A stretch of 64,000 bases of DNA, from NCBI GenBank assembly GCA_038087875.1, contig CM075989.1, positions 14,510,001 through 14,574,000 of the forward strand, given 5' to 3'. Shown in pieces: positions 40,335 to 51,199 of this stretch; positions within the stretch are counted from its first letter, which is position 1; each line of letters opens with the position of its first letter. The translations under genes were made by a program, and so were the position numbers. Below the pieces are notes generated by a model. The model was given only the letters and a program-made list of their open reading frames with translations, was not told where the DNA came from and did not search any database. Source of the stretch: Malacoraja senta (taxonomy: Eukaryota).

Positions 40335-40985
40335 AAGATGCTGCAGAGAGTCGACACAAGGAACTGCAGATGCTGGTTTACAGAAAAAAGGCACAAAATG
40401 CTGGAGTGACTCAGCACGTCAGTCAGTATCTCTGAAGGAAATGGATAGGTCGGTCACGTTTCGGTCAGGACCCTTCTTCAGACCGATTGTTAGTAGGGTG
40501 GAGAAAACTGGAAGAGAGGTGAGGATGGGGAAAGGTCTGGCAAGTAATCGGAGGATATAGGTGAGGGAGTTTTTTTTTTTAATTGGCAGATGGATGAAGA
40601 AAGGCCAGAGAAGTAAAGACATAAAGTATGAAATAAGGATAGAAGAGGCACAAAAAGTGAAGCCAGAGGAAGGAATATAGGTGAAAGGGGACTGGGGGAA
40701 AGGGAAAAGGGAGAAATGTGTGCACATCCAGGTGGGGCACAGAGAAGAGAGGGGGGGAAGGGGAGAACGGTGATGGGGGGGATTGCTTGTAGGTTAGTTA
40801 CCTAAAATTGGAGAATTCAATGTTCATAACATTGGGTCGTGAGTTACCCAAGTAGAATATGACATGGTATAAACCAGCATCTGCAATACCTTCCTACACA
40901 TGAGCTGCTGTTCCTCCAGTTTGCATGTTCCGCCTTCTGTCATAGACTCATGTGGCCTCATTCTGGCAGTGGAGGAGGCCCAGGA
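40335..40985 (-). mobile_element. Penelope-like element 3' fragment
   Basis: Reverse complement of the 19130-19545 type sequence, including the terminal repeat at ~40350-40485. Confidence 0.75.
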
Positions 40986-42064
40986 CAGAGAGTGGTGGAC
41001 TCAGCCCAGTCCATCACAGGTACAGCCCTCCCCACCATCGGAAGCATCTACATGAGGCACTGCCTCAAGAAAGTGACATTGATCATCAAGAACCTCCACC
41101 ATCCGGGTCATGCCCCATCTGGCCACTATCACAAGGCAGGAGGAACAGAGGGCTGAAGTGGCACACCACCAGATTCATGGACAGTTACTCCCCCATTGGG
41201 TTCCAGAACCAACTTGCACTAATATCTTGATTTTGCACAGTTGTTTTCTTTTATTGTCTTCCAGAATCGATGAATAACTTATGCATGGTTTATAATTGGT
41301 GTAGACACAAAGTTCTGGAGTAACTCAGCGGGTCAGGCTCATCATTTGTGCGTTTGTCTATGCACCTGTGTTGCTGCTGCAAGCAGGACTTCCATTGTAT
41401 CTCTAACTCACCACACTCGTGCATCAACAGCAAACTCAGCTTAACTCGACTCGACTTGACTCAACGCTTCCTCCTACATGAACTTTGACCACATTTGTTT
41501 TATCTTCAGGAGAATGACACAAGTCTTGTTAAGAAGAACGGTTGCTCTTTCAAATGCTCCCTGGTGTCTGTTTAAAATCCGGCCCTTTGGAACTGACGTG
41601 TCCTTGCCGTTGCCCTTGAGGCAGCCCAGAGGCAGAATCCCTGTGGGCACTGTGGGGAGGGTGGCTCTGCTGCTGCCCATCCTTAACATTCACTTTACTA
41701 GAGGATGTCTCTTTCATGATTAATGCGGCAGTGTTTGTTTCATTAATCAAGGGTTGCAAATCAATACTGAAATTTAGCTTTCCAGATAGCCACTCTGTAT
41801 TCTGAGCCCAAATGAAGAATGGATTTTTATTTGTCTGTTGGAGGGGGCCCAGGACAGCTCCCAACTTCCAGTCCCTCATTGTTCCAACATTGGCGTTAAG
41901 TTTAGACAAGGGTCTGAACTAGTAAAGTGTTTGGATGGAAGGACATCTTATTCCAGTCTCTGAGAACACCCACTCTGATACAACACCGAGTCTCCCATGC
42001 GTTTTCAGAATGCACCATACAAATGGGAAGTGATTTGTGACTAATTTTCCCCCATCGGGGAATG

Positions 42065-42308
42065 GGGGGCAAGATGGTGCAGCGGTAGGGTTGCTGCCTC
42101 ACAGCAGCAAAGACCCGGGTTCGATCCTGACTACAGGGGCTTGTACGTTCTCCCCATGACCTGCGTGGGTTTTCTCCGGGATCTCCGGTTTCCTCCCACA
42201 CTCCAAAGACGTACAGGTTTGTAGGTTAATTGGCTTGGTATAATCGTAAATTGTCCCTAGTGTGTGTAGGATCGTGTAAGTATGCTGTATCTCTAAACTA
42301 ATCTAAAC
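42065..42308 (+). mobile_element. tRNA-derived SINE (HE1/V-SINE-like), internally deleted
   Basis: B box GGTTCGATCC and central domain present; the 3' part is shortened. Confidence 0.85.
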
Positions 42309-43098
42309 CCCAATCACTGGTTTGTTTTAAAATTTAGTTGCAGCTGACTTTGCACCCTCATTTAAAACCAATTTGTCTACAATAGAATACAAGTACGTTC
42401 ATCATCTTTTAACAAGATAACAATATAGTTTCTTCTCTGGAGCCTTGTCAAGCTCTTTATCCCTGCCTCATTGTCCAAAAGACAAGCCATGTAATCTCAT
42501 CCATATGGGGCAGGCCCTGAAACCCAATGCTCCCAAGGCATTCACAGGCAGATTTAACATAATCTGGATTCAAGCAGAACAATAATTTGAAATGCATTAT
42601 TTTTCTGACCAACGGTATGAGAAAATAAAAGTGAAATGATTGATACATTGACTCACGTCAGGAAAGATCAAAGGTAAAGACGCAAAGGAACAGTTACGGC
42701 CACAGGAGGCAAATAGCATCAATCAAGGGTTGTTCTGGTAGATGAAGTGGTCCCAGTAAATTGCCATTACCCTGATGGGAGATGGATGGAATTGAAGGGA
42801 GGGGTGGGGGGAGTTGATGGTTTTGTGGGCTATAACAAAATAAGTGGGAGAATGGGATTCCTGATATTGGTCTAAAAGTTGACATGGACTTGATCCATCA
42901 GAATCCTATGCCTCCTATGTGGTAAAGTGTATTATGAATTAATTCCACTCATTACAGACCATAAGTTGCACACTGTTTACACTGGCAAAATGAACACACC
43001 AGTCTGAAGAAGGGTCTCGACCCAAAACGTCACCCATTCTTTCTCTCCATAGATGCTGCCTTACCCACTGAGTTTCTCCAGCTTTTGTGTCTACCTTC

Positions 43099-43244
43099 TT
43101 CTGCTTCTTCTTCTTGCGTATGGCGTGCACAGCCTAAAGTTGTAGGACAACTTGTTCTATTTGATCTTATTTGATTGTGCACACCACGTTGATTGCATTC
43201 GTCGAAACAGGGCGGACCACGTGAAGGTTGCAATCTTCCACCCC
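43099..43244 (-). mobile_element. 146-bp non-autonomous non-LTR retroelement with a (GAA)n tail, possibly Ingi/Vingi-related
   Basis: 12-bp TSD GTGTCTACCTTC at 43087-43098 and 43245-43256. The minus strand starts GGGG and ends in GAAGAAGAAG. It interrupts a Penelope-type repeat. The clade assignment is inference. Confidence 0.8.
43191..43244 (-). ncRNA. Predicted minimal HDV-like (CPEB3-like) self-cleaving ribozyme at the 5' end of a short retroelement
   Basis: Minus strand reads GGGGUGG-AA-GAUUGCA-ACC-UUCACGU-GGU-CCGCCCU-GU-UUCGA-CGAA-UGCAAUC. P1 is GGGGUGG/CCGCCCU with a G1-U wobble, P2 is GAUUGCA/UGCAAUC, P3 is ACC/GGU, L3 is UUCACGU, J4/2 is CGAA, and P4 is reduced to UUCGA. Confidence 0.8.
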
Positions 43245-43989
43245 GTGTCTACCTTCGATTTTATCCAGCATCTGCAGTTCTTTCTCACGCATCAATATGA
43301 GTGATGTGGGAGAAAACGAGAGCAGCCTGAGAAAATCCCGGTGATTAAAGGGTGAACATGCAAACTCCACACTGAGCTAAATGTACAGTGTTGATTAAAC
43401 ATTGTTTATGCCATTATATTGGGCTTTTTGTAATTATGTAGCCATAATATAGAAAAACATGTTTCAAGCTACTTTAACATAACATACAGAAAAGACAGAC
43501 TGATCCAAAGATGAGGCATTAATGTTCAACTAATTTCTAGACATTCTTCCTTTCACTGTCACTATCAGAAGTATTCAAATCCCGAGCTGAAAGCAGCCTG
43601 GCCAATAATTACAGGGCTTGGATTAAAGAGGATTAGTTATGGCAGGAGGTGCTGCCTGTTAACGTTTAACCATGTACAGTAAATACTTCCAGTGATTGGG
43701 TAACGGCCTCATTCTCCTGACTGGATAATGGTAATTGGACAGGCAGTGTTGACATTGAGTCTTGGTGTCCATTATGTGAATGACAGACAGACTGAGATTC
43801 AGTCCAACTGTCAATCACCTTCCTGTTGGAAGATCCCAGCATGTTTGTGGCCACAGACCTGCTTCACCGCTGCGACAAGATAAATCTGTTCGATGAACTT
43901 TTGTAACTTTGTTGGCACCAGAAACATGGCGACTCTTTGTGTACGGCCTAGGTGAGGCTATATAATTTGGGGGGGGGGGGGGGGGGAGG

Positions 43990-44230
43990 GGAGTCAGTCT
44001 CAGTCTCAATCTCAGTCTACCCCACGACAGACTGGGGAGGAGTTGTAAAGTTTGATAGCCATAGGGTAGAAGGATCCTCTGTGGCGTTCTGTACTGCATC
44101 TTGGTGGAACCAGTCTGTTGCTGAAGGTACTCCTCAGGTTGACCAGTGTATCATGGAGTGGGTGAGCTGTATTGTCCAGGATGCTCCGCAGTTTGTGGAA
44201 CATCCACCCCTCCAAGAGCATCCTCTCACC
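43990..44230 (-). mobile_element. Rex1/Babar-type LINE 3' fragment
   Basis: ORF 44012-44251 reads KLRSILDNTAHPLHDTL...FSNRL..PRCSTERHRGSFYPMAIKLYN, with a (GACTGA)n tail. Confidence 0.75.
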
Positions 44231-44932
44231 AATACAGCTCACCCCCTCCATGACACACTTATGTGATCATGGTCACACAGCTAGAGGCTGAAGTCAGATA
44301 TGGTCTGCTCTGCATCCTGGCACGCTGCTGGGGTGGAATTTGTGCCTGAAGTTATTACCAATCTTTCACTGTTATTCTGTTCAAAGGAATTTTAAAAACT
44401 GCATTTTTTGTGAAATGATTGTCCGACAAGCAGCTGTCATTAATATGTGGTGCTGCCCCCTGGGAGTCCAGCCTGTCCTCCACAGACAAAGCCTGCAGGA
44501 GGAACGAGATTGTCCTCAAACTCTGCTCACAGATTATCTGATGGGCCAGTGGGTTTGTTCTGTTACTGACATTTATCAAGGTTAGGAAATTCTACTTAAA
44601 ATTACCTCAGTCAGGGCTTCAGCTGAATTTTTGGCAGGGTTGACATTTGTAGCAGCTATTTTCATTGAAATTTTGTGTAAATCTTTCTGGATGATTTTAT
44701 TTTTCCATTTCCCTCTGAGAGTTGTTTGGCTGTCTTCTCAAAAATAACTCGATGAGTAGTCAGTGAGACACAAAACAGCCAACAAATCGACTCTTTCAGA
44801 AAGGTTTCAGTACACTGTCTTTATAACTGCTGGATTTTATTCAAACCATATTAATACCACTTTTAAAATAAAGGCATTATATGTTTGATTCAAGCTCGTT
44901 AAGCAATTCCCCTCTGGCATTAAAAACTGTAA

Positions 44933-45515
44933 TGCCCCTGTCCCACTTAGGAAACCTGAACGGAAACCTCTGGAGACTTTACGCCCCACCCAAGGTTTCC
45001 GTGCGGTTCCCGGAGGTTTTTGTCAGTCTCCCTAATGGTCAAAAGTGGTTTCCGTTTCTTCTATGTTCCGGCAATTATTTTTTTTAATTCAAAACCGGCC
45101 GCGACTAAAAATAGGTTGCCGTTTTAAAAATCGGTAATTTTTTAGTCGAAGCCGGTTGCGATGCTAGTTGAAGGTGGTTGCAGGTAGTGGAAGGTAAGAC
45201 CTTTTTTTCACGCAGTTTTATTCCACCAGGGAGGTCTTACCTTCCACTACCTGCAACCTCTGGCAACCACCTTCAACTAGCATCGCAACCGGCTTCAACT
45301 AAAAAATGAAAGACTTTTAAAACGCAACTTATTTTTAGTCGCGGCCGGTTTCGAATTTTTTTGAAATAATCGCAGGAACATAGAAGAAGCGGAAACCACT
45401 TCCGACCATTAGGGAGACTGACAAAAACCTCCGGGAACCTCTGGGAACCTCACGGTGGGTGGGGCGCAAAGTCTCCTGAGGTTTCCGTTCAGGTTTCCTA
45501 AGTGGGACAGGGGCA
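44933..45515. mobile_element. Fold-back PIF/Harbinger-type MITE
   Basis: TAA TSD on both sides. TIR TGCCCCTGTCCCACTTAGGAAACCTGAACGGAAACCTC. Arms of ~270 bp remain complementary up to a ~30-bp spacer at 45203-45231. Confidence 0.9.
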
Positions 45516-45799
45516 TAACACTTAACAATGATGCTGAACGTCTTACCTTAACTGTGTATTTATATCTCCAAGGTTACACCTTGTGGTTGAATCTTCCTCA
45601 GTTGTCCAGCCATTGTGGTGAAGGGGCCTGTGGATGGTGTGAGAGAGGGAATGGATCTAAGCACCTAAATTTACCCACAGATCCGCCCAATTTTAAAATG
45701 TAATTTGACTGGCAGTGATGACGTTTGAGTCTTGGTTTCCATTATTGTGGATCACAGACTGGCTGAGAATCATCCCAATTTTCAATCATGTTCCTTCCG

Positions 45800-46138
45800 T
45801 TTACGTTAGGTATACAGCGTGGAAGTGGGCCCTGCTACTCACCGAGTCCACACCAAAGGATCATCCATTTATAACGGATGTGGGGCAAACCAAATCCGCA
45901 CCAACCAGCAATCGCCCGCACACTAGTTTTATCCTACACTCTGGGGACAATATACAGAAGCAAATTAACCTACAAACCTTCACATCTTTAGAATGTGGGA
46001 GGAAACCGGAGCACCCGGAGAAAACCCACAGTCACAGGGAGAATGTGCAAACTCTGTGCAAACAGCACCCATAATCAGGATAGAAGCCAGATCTCTGATG
46101 CTGTAAGGCAGCAACTCTACCGCTGCGCCACTGTGCCT
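45800..46138 (-). mobile_element. tRNA-derived SINE (HE1/V-SINE-like)
   Basis: Reverse complement of family motifs, with the tail segment partly duplicated. Confidence 0.85.
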
Positions 46139-48765
46139 CCCGTTGGAAGACCCCAGCATATTTGGGAGACTATGGTATGTGTATGGATTTGTGTGGTGAT
46201 GATCACACAACTGCCCAACCAGTAAGCATTCATTTACATAATCCTGTACTAATCTTATTATTTTCTCCCCACATTCCCATCAACTTCCCCCAGATTCTAC
46301 CTCTCCCCCACACTACTGGGTCAGTTTATAGTGGCCAATTAATATAGAAAATAGGTGCAGGAGGAGGCCATTCGGCCCTTCGAGCCAGCACCGCCATTCA
46401 TTGTGATCATGGCTGATCGTCCCCAATCAATAACCCATTAGAAACATAGAAATCTACCAACCTGTATGTTATTGGGAGGAAACCAAGCACTAAGGAGAAA
46501 GCCCACACAGTCACAGGAAGAACATACAAATGCTACACATACTGGCACCTGAGGTCAGAGGTTAAACCTGCAGGCTAGAGGCACATCCTACAATGCTACT
46601 AATCATCCTATTTGTGTGATATAGGTAAATATACTGATAAAATGAGGATTATGGGGATGAGAATGTGAAACCAAATCCAGGCTGCAATGAAGGATGTCCC
46701 AGCCATTCAGACAGGTGGGCTGACAGTAAGTGAAGGATGCTGGAGCAAAGATTCACCTACAGTGTTGATAAGCAGCATAGACATGGGGTGCCAAGGAGGT
46801 CTACGTGCCCCATGTGTGGTCATTACATCTTCTTCTCATCACACACCATAAATATTCCCATACACCACCACTCTGGGCTTTCTCAAAGATATTTGTATCA
46901 TGGAAACAGGAGTAGCTATCCAGTGCTTGAACCTGTCCCACCACTCAAAGTCTCCATGGTTGGTCTACATTGATTCCATTCTCCTGCCTTTGCTCTATAG
47001 CCCCATTACCTCCAGCTGATAAATATTTGAGTCTAGTTCTTCCTTCCACATGCTCAAGCGGGGTAAATTGCAGATTTTCACTCCTGACTGAGGATCTGAT
47101 TTCACTCCTCGTTGACCTGGCTGTAATTTGAAGATGAAGCCAGTGGTTTGCCCTCCCACCAGAGGCAGGAGAGGGGTGGAGGATGGGCCGGAGTTGCAGA
47201 TGTGTTCTTCATCTACAACACATCCACCCACTGCGTGCGCTGAACAGGGGATACCTGCCACGTAGAAGCAAATGAATTGGGTTGCCCCAGCGCGACTGGG
47301 AGCCTGATTTGAAGTTCAGCGCAGCGTGAAGGCCAATACCAGCAGGCGCCATCACTGATCCACACGGCTCACTCTTAATGATCTCTGACAGCAGCTTCAA
47401 CAAGTTGTGCAAGATCTCCCGGCCCGGCCTGGCTCTGCTTCAGGATGGCTTCACCATGAACCACTGATGGGTTTCCTTTGATCAATACCCTACTGAGTGC
47501 AGTTATTGAGACGGGCGAGCAGACTGCTCTAGCATTGCTAATGCCGTCACTTGGACAGGTCCTTGGTTTGGTTTGGGAAGGTAATGTACAGATAATGAGC
47601 ACAAAGTGAGCAAGATCTTTTTGTGACGTGCCAGATGAGTTGCTCACAATAATCCGCTGGGAAATTCATAATTCAGTCACCCGGGAACTGGTAAACAGAA
47701 CGGGCAGGTGGAGACGGTGAAACCAGTGTGTTGTAACTGCAGGAAAACTGACAACGAGAACCGTGGATGTGGGCAACCTTAAACTATCAGTTCTCTCGAG
47801 AGTGTGAAAGGGTCATTAGCTGGTCATGTAATGTTCTCTCTGCTTCCACGCCGTCCTCTCCCAGCCAAATCCGCCACGAGGGCCAGTGTCCCTCGTTAAT
47901 GACAAGTCCAAGGAGGGAACGGTTTTGTTCTCTTTTTTATAATTAGCAGCTCCCGGGTAAAAAATTGTGTCAGTGCAGGACTTCAAATCCATCAATTTGC
48001 AAGGGCATGATTTCAACAACGGCTCATTAGTTGCTGGAGAAATCAAGCACACTCCACTCAGTGCTTTTTACCAGGAGAAGTTCTCTGGAACGGAATAATG
48101 GTGCAGTATGCGGCAATATCACGTGAGAGCCCAAGTTTCCGTCTTTTATGTCTCACGACAGTCACTGAGGTGAGACACTGCGTTTCCAGAAGTGGCACCT
48201 GAGCCTCCAGCTTCCAGAGCAGAGCCTGTTTCTTTCGCTAAACAGACAGGGCTCATTTCCCAAATGAAGTGCTCTCCTTTTTTCTTTGAATTGAATGTTC
48301 AGACAGAATCCCCCAGGTAGTCTTAGCACTGAGGAGATTGCAATCTCAGTGTAATCAGCAGATGCTGATAGGGTAACTGGAAACTAAAAGGATTGCCACT
48401 CTGCTGGTACTAATGGTGACACTGAGAATAATGACTAGAGCCAGGATTTTGCCATAAATCCCATTAGTGCCTTTTCATGCCTTTTTTGATGAATTCACCA
48501 GGATAATGCCTTTTTCACGATCGAGTGCCTAATTCAGCCATTAGGTTGTCGTTTTGCTAAAAGGTCGTGCTATATTCCCTAGTTGTACCGTGATTACAAT
48601 GATGCTTTCTTTGTTAACGCGTTAATATTAATGTTATTATTAACGTTAACATAGTATAACTTACAAGAAAACTTCCACCACCGGGGCGAAACCGGTAGCG
48701 GCCACCGTCGGTAGTTCATTTGTTTGTGCCACTGCCCGCTGGTGCAGTCTTCTCCAACATCTATT

Positions 48766-49051
48766 TAACAAAGAACTGCAGATGCTGGAAAAATCGAAGT
48801 TAGACAAAAAATGCTGGAGAAACTCAGCGGGTGAGGCAGCATCTATGGAGAGAAGGAATAGGTGACGTTTCGGGTTCGAGACATTCTTCAGACTGATAGG
48901 GGGGGCAGGAAAAAGAAAGGAAGAGGCGGAGACAGTAGGACTAGAAGGAAAGCTAGGAAGGGGAGGGGGAGGAGGGAGAAGACAAGGGCTATCTAAAATT
49001 AGAGAAGTCAATGTTGATACCGCTGGGATGTAGACTACCCAAGCGAAATAC
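48766..49051 (-). mobile_element. Penelope-like fragment nested in the hAT transposon
   Basis: GAACTGCAGATGCTGG...GACGTTTCGGG...CTTCAGACTG...GTCAATGTTGATACCGCTGGG is the reverse complement of the PLE 3' end. Confidence 0.85.
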
Positions 49052-50246
49052 CCAAGCTTGTCTCCTCACTACATTTACTGCTGGCTCCAGTCACAAATCT
49101 GAGTTTTCGAGTGATCTGTGCAAGGCATTCATTGATGCTGGAATTCCACTGTGGAAATTGGAAAACAAATCTCTCAGAGGTTTTTTAGAGAAATACACAG
49201 AGGAACATATACTAAGTGAGTCATCATTACGGAAAAATTATGTTGACAGCAACTTCAACATTGTTGTGCAGAAAATTAGAGATGAAGTTGCATGCAACAA
49301 AATATGGATCTCAATAGACGAGACAATCGATGCTGTGGGGATATATGTTGCCAATGTGGTCATCGGTACACTGGAGGCAGGTCAACCATCAAAGGAGTAT
49401 TTGTTGACATCGGAAGTATTGGAGAAGTCTTCACTTGCTGTACTTTGGCCAGAAGATATAAAACACGAGAATGTTCTTCTGTTTGTGACTTAAAGTTTTA
49501 TTCCCTAAAATGTTGCATTTGACATGCTTAGCTCAAGGACTCCATAGAATTGCCAAGCACATACGTAGCTTGTTTCCAAATGTCGATCGCCTAGTTTCCA
49601 ATGTCAAGAAAATCTTCCTCAAAGCACTGTCACGTGTGCAGTTGTTCAAGGAAATGGCACCAGAGATTCCGTTACCTCCTCAGCCCATTTTGACTAGGTG
49701 GGGTACATGGCTCTCTGCTGTACTCTACTATGCTGCAAATTTTGAAAAGATAAAATAAATCGTCAACTGTTTTGAAGAAGAAGAAGAATCTGCTGCAGTC
49801 AGGAGTCTCTCCACCTCGATCTTGTGTTTATTACTCCCAATTTTGCAAACTTCCCACAAGTTATCATTTCCCTTGAGAAACGTGGCAAAACAATAGTGAA
49901 TAACTTGCAGGTTTTCAACAAAGTAACTGACGATATTCGTAAAGTTCCTGGCGATGTAGGTAAAGACAAACAAGGAAAATGTGAGAGAGTGATTTTAGCT
50001 AACAAAGATCTTGAAGAATTAGAAAACATAGCTAAAGTTCTCAAAGGTAGTTGTAATGCACAAGATATCAACATGAATATAGAGTATGTAGCTTGTTTTG
50101 GGTATGCACCAGTGACCTCAGCTGAGGTAGAAAGAAGTTTTTCACAACTGAAGCATATTCTGTCTGACAGACGACATAGTTTAACACCAGATAATTTGAA
50201 AAAAATGCCAGTAATTATGTGCAACCAGGCAACTTTGGTCATTTAA
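49052..50246 (+). pseudogene. Disrupted hAT-type transposase
   Basis: Three ORF pieces carry WISIDET (first catalytic D), [10 protein letters not shown] (degenerate CxxH), PILTRWGTW and APVTSAEVERSFS (catalytic E region). Stops and frameshifts occur near 49493 and 49758. A Penelope fragment occupies the N-terminal position. Confidence 0.85.
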
Positions 50247-50639
50247 TGTAGTATACCTTTATATTACCATTTTTAACCATATTTTGGTGGTGGAAATAAA
50301 TGACTTGTTATGCCTTTTTGTCAATAAATGCCTTTTTTGTTTTTTTATTATGCCTTTTTGCCTGCCTATTTCAGAGTTTTTTAGAGCCTAAACATCCTGG
50401 CTCTAATAATGACGATAGATTTAAAGTATCTTTCCAGGCTTAATGTCGCCTTTAACTAAACTCAGATTCTTATTTTAAGCTTTAACATGAATGTTATGAC
50501 TATTTTTGTTTTTGAGCTGTATAACCATTGGGCCACTTTATTTCATGTCTCTGGGCATTTTCTTTCAGGCCTGTTATCCTGCACCAATCTAATCTCTGAC
50601 TTTTTGTGTAAGAAGGAACTGCAGATTATGGTTTAAACC

Positions 50640-50895
50640 TCTCCACCCGTGACCTCTCCACCCATGACCCCTCCACCCATGACCCCTCCACCCATGACCC
50701 CTCCACCCATGACCCCTCCACCCATGACCCCTCCACTCATGACCCCTCCACTCATGACCCCTCCACCCATGACCCCTCCACCCATGACCTTTCCATCCAT
50801 GATCCCTCCATCCATGACCCATGCCATCCATAAGCCATGCCATCCATGACCTACGCTATGCATGCCCAATGCCATATATGACCCACATCATGCAT
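50640..50895. repeat. 15-bp minisatellite decaying to the right
   Basis: Unit CCATGACCCCTCCAC; about 11 clear units followed by degenerate copies. Confidence 0.95.
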
Positions 50896-50929
50896 GAACT
50901 ATTTTCTAGTGGATACAAAATTAATTCCC

Positions 50930-51195
50930 TATAAATAATAAATAATAATGCATTTTATTTGCTGGCGCCTTTCTGGACACCCAAGGACACCTTACAGGAC
51001 ATAAATTCACAATACATTTATCAATATTAAAATCTAGTTGATTAAAAACAAAAAAATGTTTTTATTTTAACGGCACCTATACAAAAGTCTCTAGGACACC
51101 CCACAATTTAACAAAGAAACATATAAACATATAATCAGAGTAAAATAAGCTACAAAGACATAACAAACACACAAACCAAACCTATACACTAAATC
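50930..51195 (-). mobile_element. Two L2-like 3' tails
   Basis: Reverse strand reads AAGGTGTCCTTGGGTGTCCAGAAAGGCGCC...AATAAAATG(CATT/TATT)n. A second degenerate copy lies at ~51055-51110. Confidence 0.55.
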
Positions 51196-51199
51196 CAAA

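Larger units (their letters stand above)
48436..50405 (+). mobile_element. hAT-superfamily DNA transposon (CGGBP1-like transposase type), defective
   Basis: 12-bp TIR TAGAGCCAGGAT/ATCCTGGCTCTA. 8-bp TSD ATAATGAC at 48428-48435 and 50406-50413. Subterminal TGCCTTTTT repeats at both ends. Confidence 0.9.

Noticed and set aside
44445..44466. CTCF-like motif (also near 22350, 47155 and 48727)
   Set aside because: Imperfect matches at a rate expected by chance in 64 kb; they cannot be supported without ChIP data.
50589..50875. (GHGWR)n and (MTPPP)n ORFs
   Set aside because: These are translations of a 15-bp minisatellite with no gene context.
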